Origin: Rozella allomycis CSF55
Lineage: Eukaryota
Direction: 5' to 3'
Assembly (NCBI GenBank): GCA_000442015.1
Contig: KE561300.1
Coordinates: 1-64,000, forward strand
Length of the DNA stretch: 64,000 bases
Both the position numbers and the translations under genes were made by a program. The notes below the pieces were generated by a model that saw only the letters and a program-made list of their open reading frames with translations, did not search any database and was not told the origin of the DNA. Shown one piece after another: positions 13,137-25,394 of the stretch (position 1 is its first letter; each line of letters opens with the position of its first letter).

Positions 13137-14987
13137 ATGGTACGAAAAAGTGTTATTGCTGTGTCTACGGCATTTCTTATTATGGGCGCAACAGCGCTTT
13201 TATATGTGTTCAAAAGCGATAGCAATAGTTCCAAGAATAATGGCATTTCTCCAAATGCAGAAAAAGTGACGCCTTCAATAGATTCTGTTGACGAAGCAAA
13301 CAATATTTTTCGTGTCTCGTCCAGGGAAATTATAAATCCAATCGATCAAAATCAAGAGTTCGAGGTTAGCTCAAGGGTTAACGATGAGAAATCGGAAGTT
13401 TCGAATACAGTTGTAGTTGCGGAAGAGCCTTTAAACATTGCGACATCTGAAGCTAAAGTTCACACAAAACATGAAGTATCCCCATCAAAAATGTTACCAG
13501 AAGTGAATTGCCAGAAAATGACCGAGAAAGAAGTTTTTGATGCTTTGTTCTCCCATGAGTATAAGTTTTCTTCTCAAGATTTTTCGGAGAAAGAAAAAGT
13601 AGGTGAAGGCAAGTATGGTGAGGTTTATAAAGCGACCATCCGGGGATGTACAATCGCTATGAAATGTGGATCAACTGTTGTGTCCGAGTATAATTTCTAT
13701 AAGGACGTAAAAGGCGAAGAAATAGAAGAGTTGCTTCCTCTATACGGCTCTGTCACAATGGATGATCGAACATGTGTGTTAATGAAATATGTTCCTGATG
13801 GCGATCTTTCAAAGTTTCAGTACAGTGACGACATTTTGCAAGAAACTCTGTTAGCTGCGAAGCAAATTGCGACCGGAATAAAGAAGTTACATGACAGGGG
13901 ATACATAATGATGGATTTGAAACCCCTTAACATTCTATATGACAAGACCGAAAAGAAAATATATTTAATTGATTTTGGACAAATCACGGATATATCATCT
14001 GGAAATTTATGGCATAAAGGTTCATTCTATTTTATATCTCCAGAACAATTTAATACCTTTGTTGGCAGTCGAAGCTGTTTGGACTTTGAATCTGATGTGT
14101 GGGCGTTTGGACAAACTTTACGACACATGATAAAACCTCCTAATGTGAGCATTGCATACACTGATGACAAATATAACAATATTTATGAGATACTGGAAAA
14201 TGGACCTACTCCCAATTGGAGTTCACTTCCAAAGCCATTGAACACTCTTGTTCGTGATTGTACACATGTTATCGACGTGAAAAGACCTACAATGAATCAG
14301 GTTATTGAACGTTTAGAACATATGATCAAGAATGGAAAAGATACTCCTGACACTCCTGTCATGATTTTTGAATCACTTGATAGCGCTTTGAAATCATCGA
14401 GAGAGTCTTTTACAAACAATTTCGCCTCAAAGACTAAAGATTTTAAAATCTATCATTCACAATACTTGAATTCTCTAAATATGATGACCTCGCATAAAGA
14501 ATTTATTGACTTTGAATATTTAAACATTGAAAAGTCATTAAGAATAATATTCAATAGAGAAAAGGAAATTTTTGAAAATAACGAAAATAGGGCTGGAGAA
14601 TACGGTTTCTATTCGGCAAAGCTTGGGGACCAAAATGTATTTCTATATTCCATTAAGTGTGATTCGAATATGAAAGAAATAAATGATAGCATCGAAGATA
14701 TTCAAAAAATCTCAATCATGAATGAAAGAACGCTAAAATCTTTGAAGGAAATTTATGACGATGAAGATATGAAACCTCGCCGCCAGTTCAGAGAAATTTC
14801 AAAATTGTGTAGATTTGGTGAACTCTTAAACGCAGGGAAGATTCTTGGATTTTCAATGGCGGTCTCATCAACCGAAAGAATTAGTAAATTGTTCATAGTA
14901 GTTGAAGCTAAATCACCAACCGATGATTACAAAAAACTTATGGAGAAATATGAAATTCTTAAAAAGCAGTTCGAAGATTATGATTAA
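13137..14987 (+). CDS. Intronless protein kinase with N-terminal signal/anchor helix
   Basis: GEGKYGEVY, IAMK, MMDLKPLN, DFG, SPE and DVWAFG motifs; hydrophobic VIAVSTAFLIMGATALLYVF at the N-terminus. Confidence 0.9.
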   Translation: MVRKSVIAVSTAFLIMGATALLYVFKSDSNSSKNNGISPNAEKVTPSIDSVDEANNIFRVSSREIINPIDQNQEFEVSSRVNDEKSEVSNTVVVAEEPLNIATSEAKVHTKHEVSPSKMLPEVNCQKMTEKEVFDALFSHEYKFSSQDFSEKEKVGEGKYGEVYKATIRGCTIAMKCGSTVVSEYNFYKDVKGEEIEELLPLYGSVTMDDRTCVLMKYVPDGDLSKFQYSDDILQETLLAAKQIATGIKKLHDRGYIMMDLKPLNILYDKTEKKIYLIDFGQITDISSGNLWHKGSFYFISPEQFNTFVGSRSCLDFESDVWAFGQTLRHMIKPPNVSIAYTDDKYNNIYEILENGPTPNWSSLPKPLNTLVRDCTHVIDVKRPTMNQVIERLEHMIKNGKDTPDTPVMIFESLDSALKSSRESFTNNFASKTKDFKIYHSQYLNSLNMMTSHKEFIDFEYLNIEKSLRIIFNREKEIFENNENRAGEYGFYSAKLGDQNVFLYSIKCDSNMKEINDSIEDIQKISIMNERTLKSLKEIYDDEDMKPRRQFREISKLCRFGELLNAGKILGFSMAVSSTERISKLFIVVEAKSPTDDYKKLMEKYEILKKQFEDYD

Positions 14988-15013
14988 TAAAATTTAAAGT
15001 CAATTATAAAGAT

Positions 15014-16615
15014 TTATTGCGGGATATCGGATTCGGTGATTTTTGGGCTTTGAGGAGATTCTTTGACCTCTTTTTGCTGTTGGTTTCTCTTTCTGTTTTT
15101 GATTTTATCTTTCAAGTTATTGTATTCTCTTTTGTACAACTCTAATTCCTTAAGGACTGATGCTAGCGCAGAGTCGTTGTCCTTTCCAATAATATATATC
15201 ATCTTTTGCATGTAGGCTTCATATTTTGCTTTGATTTCATTAATGTCTGCTTCTGCTCTTTGATTGACTTGGTTTATAATTTCGTTGCGTCCTTCTAATT
15301 CCCTCTTCAACTTTGCGGCATAGCCATTCAAGGCCTGTTTTGATTTTTCATATTTTTGATTCAATAACGATGTTTCCTTGCGTAACTTTACATTATCTTG
15401 AAGGAGACTTTCTAATTTTTCTTGAAAAGTCTGAGTTTCGGATGTTAGAGCGGATTCCGCTGAATTAAGTTTTTGGAGCATTCTTGCCACTTTAATTCCC
15501 ATATTCTAATTATATATGCTTTGCTTAATTTACCTTGTTGTCTTGGACAAGATCGTCATTTTCTTTGCGGATCGTTTCAATATCTGTTTCTAACGTTGTT
15601 TCTAGTTTATAATTATTAAATGAAAAATACTCTGATCGCGTAGCTCATTTAGTAGAGCCTCAATCATTTCCACTAGTGAGAAATAGTTATAGGGAACGGC
15701 CAATTGGGGTTTACCGATTTCTTTAAACATTCCAGAGACCGTGTTAATACAGTCTTTGTTTGTTTTGTCAAAGTCTGCTTTTAAAGCTACTAGTTTATTT
15801 TCCATATACGTAGCTTTTTCTTTATACGATCGAAGTTCAAATTGATCGTTATAAACTTTCTTTTTGAGTGCCTCTTCCTCAACTTTTAAAGCCTCTATCT
15901 GTGTTTTCAATTCATTGTTTTCATTCAAGATTGCGTTTGTTTTCTCCAAACTGTTCTCTTTGTCTACCAACAATGCTTCTTTTTCTTGCAATTCTTTTTG
16001 AAGAGATAAAATGTCATTTTCTTTTATGATTAATTGATTTTTAATGTGGCTATATTGATCTTTCAATTTAATGAAGTTTGCTTTGAAGTCATTGGCGATC
16101 GTGTTGGCAATGCTTTTCATTTGCGTTTCATGATTTAAAAGAGCGTTTTTCAAAGTTGCTTCGTTCTTAAGGAAAATTTTCACGTTTTCTTTAAGATTCT
16201 TTATTTTGGCATCTTTTTTCGTGCTTAGCTCTTCTAGATTGTTCAACCTTTCGTTGTATGATTTCTTCAGTTTGGTAAATTCGTGGGCTTGTTTTGCATT
16301 CGTTTCTGTAGTTTCTTTCAATGCTTTGTTATATTCTTCCTCTTTCAATCTGAACGATGATTTTTCTTTCTCAATTTGGTTTTCTAATTCCTTTATTTTA
16401 ACATTTAGTTTCTTTCGTTGATTTAAATTTGCTTCTGCTTCTTGAGAGAGCTCATCTAACATTGATTTAAGCTCCTTATTTTCGATAGATAATGTTTCTA
16501 TTTGTGATTGTAGTTTTTGATTTTCTATAAATATATTTCTTAGTTCGTTGATTTCAGATTCCTTCAAAGACTTCAATTCAGACTTTAATTTATTGGCTTC
16601 TAATACATTGTAAGC
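15014..16615 (-). CDS. C-terminal part of giant coiled-coil protein, copy A (cut at N 16616)
   Basis: Heptad-rich ORFs 15014-15502 and 15602-16576, near-identical to 17131-18711; same two introns. Confidence 0.75.
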
Positions 16616-16616
16616 N

Positions 16617-16944
16617 CACCCGGCGCTGTACTTCCGGCCAATGCAATAAATGCCGCTTCGCTAACTTCAAAACCTCCAGTTGCCTGCCATGCCATTGTCA
16701 CAGTCACTGATTTGCCCTTGTAAGTCAAGGTAATTTGCTTCCCACAATCACTTTGCGGCTCTTTGCGTGACGGAGTTTCCCCAGTTCCAGGAGATCCTCC
16801 ATAGAATCCATGTTGGATGTCGCTAGACGTTTTCCCGTTGGTAACAGACAAACAGTCGCTCGCTAATTGGTAGTCGTGCCATCTTAGGTCTAGTGAAAGT
16901 ACAGAGGATAGAAGAGCAAGACTGGAAACAATTTTGTACAACAT
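16617..16944 (-). CDS. Secreted DPBB (RlpA/expansin/barwin-like) protein, copy 1 (3' end lost at N)
   Basis: Signal peptide MLYKIVSSLALLSSVLS; CGKQITLTYKGKSVTVT...EVSEAAFIALAG fits the DPBB pattern. Confidence 0.7.
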
Positions 16945-17130
16945 TTTAAAACAACTAGGAGTAGTGTGGGTTTCTTTTTACGTCACTCATTTCTATTTAT
17001 AGCACACGGTGATATTATGATTTTTGAACAAATTAAAGATAATCATTAGCACTAAGAGCAATTTATATGTAACTTTTTAATTTAAAAGATTAAAATTTAG
17101 GTTTAATTTTAGTTTATTGATTTAGTAGGT

Positions 17131-18848
17131 TTATTGCGGGGTAAAAGGTTCGGTGATTTTTAGGCTTTGAGGAGATTCTTTGACATCTTTTTGCTGTTGG
17201 TTTCTCTTTCTATTTTTGATTTTATCTTTCAAGATATTGTACTCTCTTTTGTACAACTCTAATTCCTTAAGGACTGATGCTAGCGCAGAGTCGTTGTCCT
17301 TTCCAATAATATATATCATCTTTTGCATGTAGGCTTCATACTTTGCTTTGATTTCATTAATGTCCGCTTCTGCTCTTTGATTGACTTGGTTTATGATTTC
17401 GTTGCGTCCTTCTACTTCCCTTTTCAACTTTGCGGCATAGCCATTCAAGGCATGTTTTGATTTTTCATATTTTTGATTCAATAATGATGATTCCTTGTGT
17501 AATTTTACATTGTCTTGAAGGAGACTTTCTAATTTTTCTTGAAACGTCTGAGTTTCGGATGTTAGAGCGGATTCCGCTGAATTTAGTTTTTGGAACATTC
17601 TTGCCACTTTAATTCCCATATTCTAATTATATATGCTTTGCTTAATTTACCTTGTTGTCTTGGACAAGATCTTCATTTTCTTTGCGGATCGTTTCAATCT
17701 CTGTTTCTAACGTTGTTTCTAGTTTATAATTATTAAGGAAAATTACTTTGATCGCGTATCTCATTTAGTAAAGCGTCAATCATTTCCACCAGTGAGAAAT
17801 AGTTATAGGGAACGGCCAATTGGGGTTTACCGATTTCTTTAAACATTCCAGAGATCGTGTTAATACAATCTTTGTTTGTTTTGTCAAACTCTTCTTTTAA
17901 AACTACTAGTTTATTTTCAAAATACGTAGCTTTTTCTTTATACGATCGAAGTTCAAATTGATCGTTATAAACTTTCTTTTTGAGTGCCTCTTCCTCAACT
18001 TTTAAAGCCTCTATCTGTGTTTTCAATTCATTGTTTTCATTCAAGATTGCGTTTGTTTTCTCCAAACTGTTCTCTTTGTCTACCAACAATGCTTCTTTTT
18101 CTTGCAATTCTTTTTGAAGAGATAAAATGTCATTTTCTTTTATGATTAATTGATTTTTAATGTGGCTATATTGATCTTTCAATTTAATGAAGTTTGCTTT
18201 GAAATTATGGGATATTGTGTTGGCAATGCTTTTCATTTGAGATTCTCTATTCAAAAGAGCGTTTTTCAATATTGCTTCGTTCTTAAGAAAGCTTTTCACG
18301 TTTCCTTTAAGATTCTTTATTTTACTATCCTTTTTCAGGTTCAACTCTTCTAGATTGTTCAACCTTTCTTTCAGTTTCGTCAATTCGTGGGTTTCTTGTG
18401 ACTTTGTTTCTTTCAATTCTTTGTTATAGTATTCCTCTTTAGATCTGAATGATGGCTTTTCTTTCTCGATTTGGTTTTCTAATTCCTTTATTTTAGTATT
18501 TAGTTTCTTTCGTTGATTTAAATTCACTTCTGCTTCTTGAGAGAGCTCATCTAACATTGATTTAAGGTCCTTATTTTCGATAGATAATGTTTCTAGTTGT
18601 AATTGTAGTTTTTGATTTTCCGTAGATATATTATTGAGTTCGTTGATTTCAGATTCCTTTAAAGACTTCAATTCAGACTTTAATTTATTGGCTTCTAATA
18701 CATTGTAAGCCAGCTGTTTATTTAAGTCTTCTAACTTTAATTTATAATCTGAGATTTCATTGTTTGCATTATTGAGCCGAATTTTCAAATCCTTTGTAAT
18801 AATAGAATTAGATTCTTTTTCATTTTTAAGGTCGGATATAATTTGATT
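17131..18848 (-). CDS. C-terminal part of giant coiled-coil protein, copy B (cut at N 18849)
   Basis: ORFs 17131-17619 and 17733-18788 are paralogous to copy A. Confidence 0.75.
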
Positions 18849-18849
18849 N

Positions 18850-21800
18850 CAACTTTAATTTATAATCTGAAATTTCTTTATTTGCGTTATTGAGTCGAAT
18901 TTTCAAATCCTTTGTGATAATAGAATTAGATTCTTTTTCATTTTTAAGGTCGGATATTATTTGATTCAATTCATTCAAATTGTCTTGATTACTCAAGTAA
19001 GTGTTCTTTGATTCTTGGATGATTCGTTGCATTTCATCATTCAATGACTTTTTACTGTCTTCAGCTCTCTTGAGCTTTTCTTGCACGTCTTCTAAGTCTG
19101 CTTTGTTGCAACTTAGTTCATTAACACGCTGGCGGAACTCGGCAACTTCTTCTTTCAACTTGCCATTTTCTTCTTTCAACAGGGCAATGGAAGATTTTAA
19201 TTTTTCCACCTGCTCTTCATTCAATTTCTTTATGTCATGTAACTGATTCTCAAATTCTGGATGTAAGATTTCCTTTTCAGATTCCGCAATCAAGAGCTTT
19301 TCATTTAGCTCCTTAATTTCAACCAATTTTAATTCATATTGATTTTCAATTTCTTTTGAATATTTCTCAACTGTATCAATCTTTTCATTTAATTCATTTA
19401 TAAGTTTGATTCTGTCATCAACATCTAATTTTAACAACAAAACCTCATTTTCCGCCTTTAACAATTCATTTGATTTTAATGCTAAATTATGTTTGCAATC
19501 GTTTATTTCATCTTGTTGTCTCTCCAATTCTACCATCTTGGTATTTAATTCATTTTCAATGGTGCTTTTAAGCTCCAACAATTCGTACATTTTTTGCATC
19601 GAGATTTCAATCTAAATATCATCAATTATAATAATATTTACCTTATTTTCATATTCTTGTTTAATTTGTTCATTTTCGGCGACCAGTTTTTCAAACCTGT
19701 CAGTAAAAGAGGCCCGCCCCTTTTCAAGTTCATGCTCAAAATAATTAATTTTATTTGTTTGCTCATTAATAATCACATTTTTTTCTATAATTTCTTTCCT
19801 AGAATTTTCAATATCTTGCTCTCTGGTAACCAGTATTTTTTCCAACTCATTTTCTCTTCCATTTAACTTCTTTATTGCATCATTATAATAAATTTCTTTA
19901 GTTTTTAGTTCATTATTTTGGATTTTCAAGGATTCTACTTCATTTATGGATTGATTATATTTTTTGTTTACATCTTTCAAATTCATGTTTAATCTTTCAT
20001 TAGCAAGATTCGCTTCATTTAATTCATCTGAAACACGAGAATATTCATGAGTAAGTTTATTATTTTTCTCGCTTAAATCTTTTATTTGATTTGAGAGAAG
20101 CTCTGTTTCTTTATTTGCATCAATTAATTTATTTCTAATTGATTCATTTTCATTTCTTAAATTAATATTCTCATTATCTTTGGTATCTATTAGAATATTC
20201 CTTTCTACAATTCTTTGCTCAAGATCATTAACCCTTTCCTGCAATTTTCTTGCTCTCTCTTGTTCTTCAAACAAAATAGATTCATTCTTTTCAATAAGTG
20301 ATTCTCTATTTCTTAAGTCTTCATTCATAGCGTCTAACTTTGCATTAAAGTGTTTTTCTTTTATTTCCATCTCTTCGTCTTTCTTTGCTAGTTCCATTTG
20401 ATACTTTTGTTCATTTTGCTTTCCCTTCTCTATTGATGCAGCATATTCACTCATCTTCAGCATCTTAACTTCATTCTGTGATTTGAGTTCAATTATTTCA
20501 TTTTTCATTACATTAATTTCCATATTTTTTTCAGCTAACTCAGATTCTAATTCAGAATTATGGATCTCAGTCAATTCACCTTTCTGTACTTCATCTTTTA
20601 AAGATTTCTTTAGCGATGTGATCTCTTCATTTAACTTATCAGTACTCTTCACATATTCAACAACCTGTTCTTCCAACAATTTTGCCTCTTCATTAGAATT
20701 ATTGTATCTTCCAATCATGGCATCCATATCACTCTCAAATTTCTTCTCCAGCATTTCCTTTTCCATAGATAATTCAATTATTCTTTTATTTAATAAATTT
20801 ATGTCATCATCAGCCTTTTCCTTAATACCCTTAACCTCGGTTTTCAATTTCTCAATTTCACTATTTTTCAATTCACCGTCCTTGGTCATGTTCTTGTTAG
20901 AACACTGCAGGTACTTGACCTGAGTTTCTAACTCACTATTTTTTTCCAATGACGTATTTAGAGCATCTTTGAGAACCATAACCCCTTCCTTTATATCAAT
21001 TGACTGTTGTTTTAGCGCCTTGTTATCTCTTTCAAGCGAGTCAATTTTGAATTCCAGTTTGCTGATTTCTTTTCGCTTGAAATCAGCTTCAATGGCAACA
21101 ACAATGCCAGATTCATAACTTTTGCTCCTCTTCATTGCACTGGATTCATTAGCCCACTTATTTTTGAGATTCTCGTCATTTTCATCTTTCAATTGACTCA
21201 CTTTTTGCTCCAAACTTTTCTTGCTTTCCTCCAAATGAAGGCAGACAGCCTGCAAAGATAACATTTTACGCTCCACTGCACCGAGTTTCTCCTCCAAGCT
21301 TTGCTTTTCCTTTGCATATCCAACACAAACATCTCTTTTTGCTTCAAGCGACAATCTCAAATCACGAATAACTTTCAAAACACTTTCCTCGCTCACACCC
21401 TTCTCCAAAGATTCTACCAGCGATTCATTGGAATGCAACAAAACTGCATTTTCATGTTCAAATTTCTCAATAAGGGACTTGGCAGCATGTAGATCATTTT
21501 GCAACTTCAGGTAGTCGTTATAGTTACCAGGACTAGCTTTCCTTGTGTAGTGACTGAGCATAGACATCAAATCCTTATAGTCTCCTTTTAGATCACTGTA
21601 AGCCATCCACAATGCCTGAAAATCCATCTTTCCTTCAAAACCAGATTGTATATTTTCAGCGGTATCCAAGACTTTTCCTTGTTCAGTTACCTCGACAACA
21701 ACATCCTTTGGGCTATTCTTGTACAAGCTAAGCAATGACATTGACTTTTGCAGGGTCGCTCGGCTGTTTAGTTTTCCGGTCGCCAAGTACTCTGAATCAT

Positions 21801-21995
21801 CTTTAAGGGCTACTTCTTTCAAGGAGCGTTGTTGCCCGCCTATAAATGCGGTGTGATTATGTTACCTTGGGTGTATGGGGAAACAGTGCTTTGAGATGAT
21901 AGAGAATCCAAACTAGATGCTCTCGACTCAATTTGAAGTGAAGACTGCTTAATTTGAGGTAAATGTGTTACGCTTTGAATCGCACTTCGAGACAT
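18850..21995 (-). CDS. N-terminal and middle part of giant coiled-coil protein, copy 1
   Basis: MSRSAIQSVTHLPQI exon, intron ~21842-21868, ORF 19612-21822, intron ~19611-19640, ORF to the N at 18849; continuous coiled-coil heptads. Confidence 0.8.
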
Positions 21996-21999
21996 GGTG

Positions 22000-22072
22000 A
22001 AATGTAAACAAATGCTGAATATTAATGTTTTGTTTTGTTCCAATTTTGGGAAAATTGAGGGTATTTGTTTAC
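22000..22072. promoter_or_regulatory. Paired forkhead-like sites (GTAAACA / TGTTTAC) upstream of coiled-coil copy 1; conserved at 25050-25122
   Basis: Both sites are retained in both paralog promoters while spacer bases differ. Confidence 0.5.
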
Positions 22073-22692
22073 AATCAGATGCTTCTAGAAGATTTAAGGA
22101 TTTGTTTAGTGTTCTGTGTTGGGCGAATGACAGGCAAATGAATGTTCATATGCTACCTTAGAGATTTGAACATGACACAGTCACACTATTCGGCCACCAC
22201 TTTACTATAAAAATCAGGTAATGTCTTTAGCCTTAGTGTATGCCATCCCTTATGAAAATGAATAGTTGAAAATAAACCATAAAAAATTAAAATCATTTCA
22301 AAATGGGAATCAAATATTTATGCCAGTCTTCTCAAAACAGAATCATTCATATTTGCAAATGGGAAACTTATCTTTAATCTGAGCCTGTGGTGTACCACAT
22401 TAGTTTCGATATTTTGCACATTGGACACTGCATGAGCGATCTTTTAAGGAAAGCCAAAGAATATACATCCATTCCTCCAGTTGATTCCATACAAAAAGGA
22501 AAAATATCAAAAGATCAAAGTTAAACATAGTTTATCAAATCAGTAATCCATTTCAATGGAATATTTTACCAACTCCATTTACCTTGACCACTGACATAAT
22601 TTTAAGTTTTTAACGATCAACTACAAAATCACATTAAGTCACAAATATTTTTTCTTGATAAAACATGTTTTCATGCATTAGGAAATTTCAGA

Positions 22693-23101
22693 ATGCAGTC
22701 CAACAGCGAAGGACTCTCCACGAGTTCTCTGGAGAATGTTCGCAAGAGCATAATAGCGTTCCAGTATTTAACGACAAACACAATGAAGCCTGCAGCGAGC
22801 AAGAGTGCGGTCCCTGCCAGCCGCATAATCGAGCCCGACAAGTTGCCAAGGGGCATAGACATACTTGAGCGTGTGAAAGCATCCAAGCGAGCTGTTTCTA
22901 GCGGTATGGAGAGGCGTATGGAAGAGTTGGAGCAGCTAGCGGACAGTGTGAATGACGACGTGAAGATCCGTGCCTTGATAGAGTTGAAGGGGTTGCGGTT
23001 GGCTTCCAAGCAGCGTGAGATTAGGGATGATTTTGTGAATGGGTATAAGCGGGCGTTTAAGTTTGAGAGTGAGTTTGAGCGAGGGTGGTATCGACGCAAC
23101 A
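22693..23101 (+). CDS. Fragment resembling the N-terminal (pre-HSA) region of Snf2/Brahma chromatin remodellers, cut at N 23102
   Basis: LPRGIDIL..RRMEELEQLADSVNDDVKIRALIELKGLRLASKQREIRDDFV parallels the SMARCA2/4 pattern [36 protein letters not shown] (recalled). Confidence 0.6.
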
Positions 23102-23102
23102 N

Positions 23103-25045
23103 TTCATTAGCAAGATTCGCTTCATTTAATTCATCTGAAACACGAGAATATTCATGAGTAAGTTTATTATTCTGCACGCTTAAATCGTTTATCTTATTAC
23201 AAAGAAGCTCTTTTTCTTTGTTTACATCAATTAGTTCATTTCTAACTGAATCATTTTCTTTTCTTAAATTTATATTTTCAACATCTTTGGTAACTATTAG
23301 AATATTCCTTTCTACAATTCTTTGCTCAAGATCATTAACCCTTTCCTGCAATTTTCTTGCTCTCTCTTGTTCTTCAAACAAAATAGATTCATTCTTTTCA
23401 ATAAGTGATTCTCTATTTCTTAAGTCTTCATTCATAGCGTCTAACTTTGCATTAAAGTGTTTTTCTTTTATTTCCATCTCTTCATCTTTCTTTGCTAATT
23501 CCATTTGGTACTTTTGTTCATTTCTCTTTGCCTCCTCTATCGCTGCAGCATAATCACTCATGTTCAGCGTCATAACTTCATTCTGTGATTTGAGTTCAAT
23601 TATTTCATTTTTCATTACATTAATTTCCATATTTTTTTCAGCTAACTCAGATTCTAATTCAGAATTATGAGCCACAGCCAATTCACTCTTCACTAATTCA
23701 TCATTCAAGGTTTTCTTTAGCACGGAAATCTCATTATTTAGCTCATTTGTACTCTTTACATAGTCAACAACCTGTCCCTCTAACAATTGTACCTGCTCAT
23801 TAGAGTCATTGCATTTCTCAATCATTGTATCCATTTTACTCTCAAAATCTTTCTTCATCATTTCTTTCTCCATAGATAATTCAATTATTCTTTTATTCAA
23901 AAAATTAATGTCATCAGCGGCCTTTTCATTTATACCCTTAACCTCGGCCTTCAATTTCTCAATTTCTTTATTTTTGTTTTCACCGTCTATTTTTGAAGCA
24001 CTGAGCGCATCTTTCAGAGTCATTGCGCCTTGTTGGAGCATCACCGACTTTATCTTTAACGCTTCATTCTCATTTTCAAGCGCATCAATTTTAAATTCAA
24101 GCCTGTCAATTTTTTTCCTCTTCAAGTCAGCCTCGATAGCGACCACAATTCCAGACTCGTAACTTTTGCTTCTAGACATGCCACGAGCGTCATTCCATTT
24201 AGTTTCAGGTTTTGTATTCATATCATTCTTTTCTTTCAATTGGCTCACTTGATTCTCCAAAAATATCTTTTGCTCTTCCAATTTGACACAGGTTGACTGG
24301 ATTGACGACAACTTATGTTCCACTAAACCGAGCTTTTCCTCCAAATGCTGCTTTTCTTTTGCATACCCAACACAAACATCTCTTTTTGCTTCAAGAGACA
24401 ATCTCAAATTACGAATCACTTTCAAAACACTCTCATCATTAACGACCTTTTCCAATGATTTAACCAAAGTATCATTAGAATGAGTCAACACGGAATTTTC
24501 ATATTCAATCTTATCAATTAGCGATTTAGAAGCATTCAAATCCTTTTGGAGTTTCAGATAGTCGCTATAGTTACCAGGACTAGTCTTCTTTGTAAAGTGT
24601 CCAAGCATAGACACGATATCCTTATAGTCGCCTCTTAAATCACTGTAAGCCATCCACAATGCCTGGAAATCCATATTGTTTTCAAACCCGGTCTGTTCAT
24701 TTTCAGTGGGCTCCAATACCTGTCCTCGTTCAGGCTTAACTTCCACAGCATCCTTTGCGCTAGTCCTATACAAGCTTAACAATGACATGGACTTTTTCAA
24801 GGAGGCCTGTCCGCTGTTTAGTTTTCCGGCCGTCAGGTACTCTGAGTCATCTTTGAGGGCTATTTCTGTCATTATCGGCTTTTGGTCGCCTGTAAAATGG
24901 CATGCAATGTGTTACCTTTGTCATAAGGAGAAATAGTGGTTTGGGATGATACAGAATCCAAACTAGATACTCTAGGTACGATTTCGAGCGGCGCCTAGTT
25001 TATTTGAGGAAAATGTATTACACTTTGAATCACACTTCGAGACAT
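23103..25045 (-). CDS. N-terminal part of giant coiled-coil protein, copy 2 (cut at N 23102)
   Basis: Paralog of 19996-21995 (shared MDFQALWMAYSDL and RSKSYESGIVVAIEAD); same first intron position. Confidence 0.8.
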
Positions 25046-25394
25046 GATGAAATGTAAACAAACGTTTAATATTAATGTTTTTGTTTTGTGCCCTATTTGG
25101 TAAAATTGAAGCAAATGTTTACAATCAGATGCTTCTAGAAGTTTCAATGAATTTTGTACAAGCAGATGCTTCACAAATTGTGAATGATATTTTTAGTTTT
25201 CGCCACCGCTGCTGAAAGTTGGTCAACATTAATATGTTTGAAGTTACTTGGAAAGAAATTGGTTAATCAGACATTTGTCTAAAACTATGAATGGTATGGG
25301 CCGAAATCAGATGGAGGAAGTCTTCAATGTCACTCGCTCTGGTGATATTGATATTTTTATATAAAGAGAACTTAAGTCACTGTACAATATACAT

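Noticed and set aside
18732-18966. Apparent internal tandem repeat of ~117 nt in the coiled-coil gene
   Set aside because: It straddles the N at 18849 and is best explained as overlap between two paralog-derived contigs.
22671-24872. 733-aa ORF with a hydrophobic C-terminal tail (apparent tail-anchored coiled-coil protein)
   Set aside because: It reads through the N at 23102; the tail is just the antisense of the Snf2-like fragment on another contig piece.
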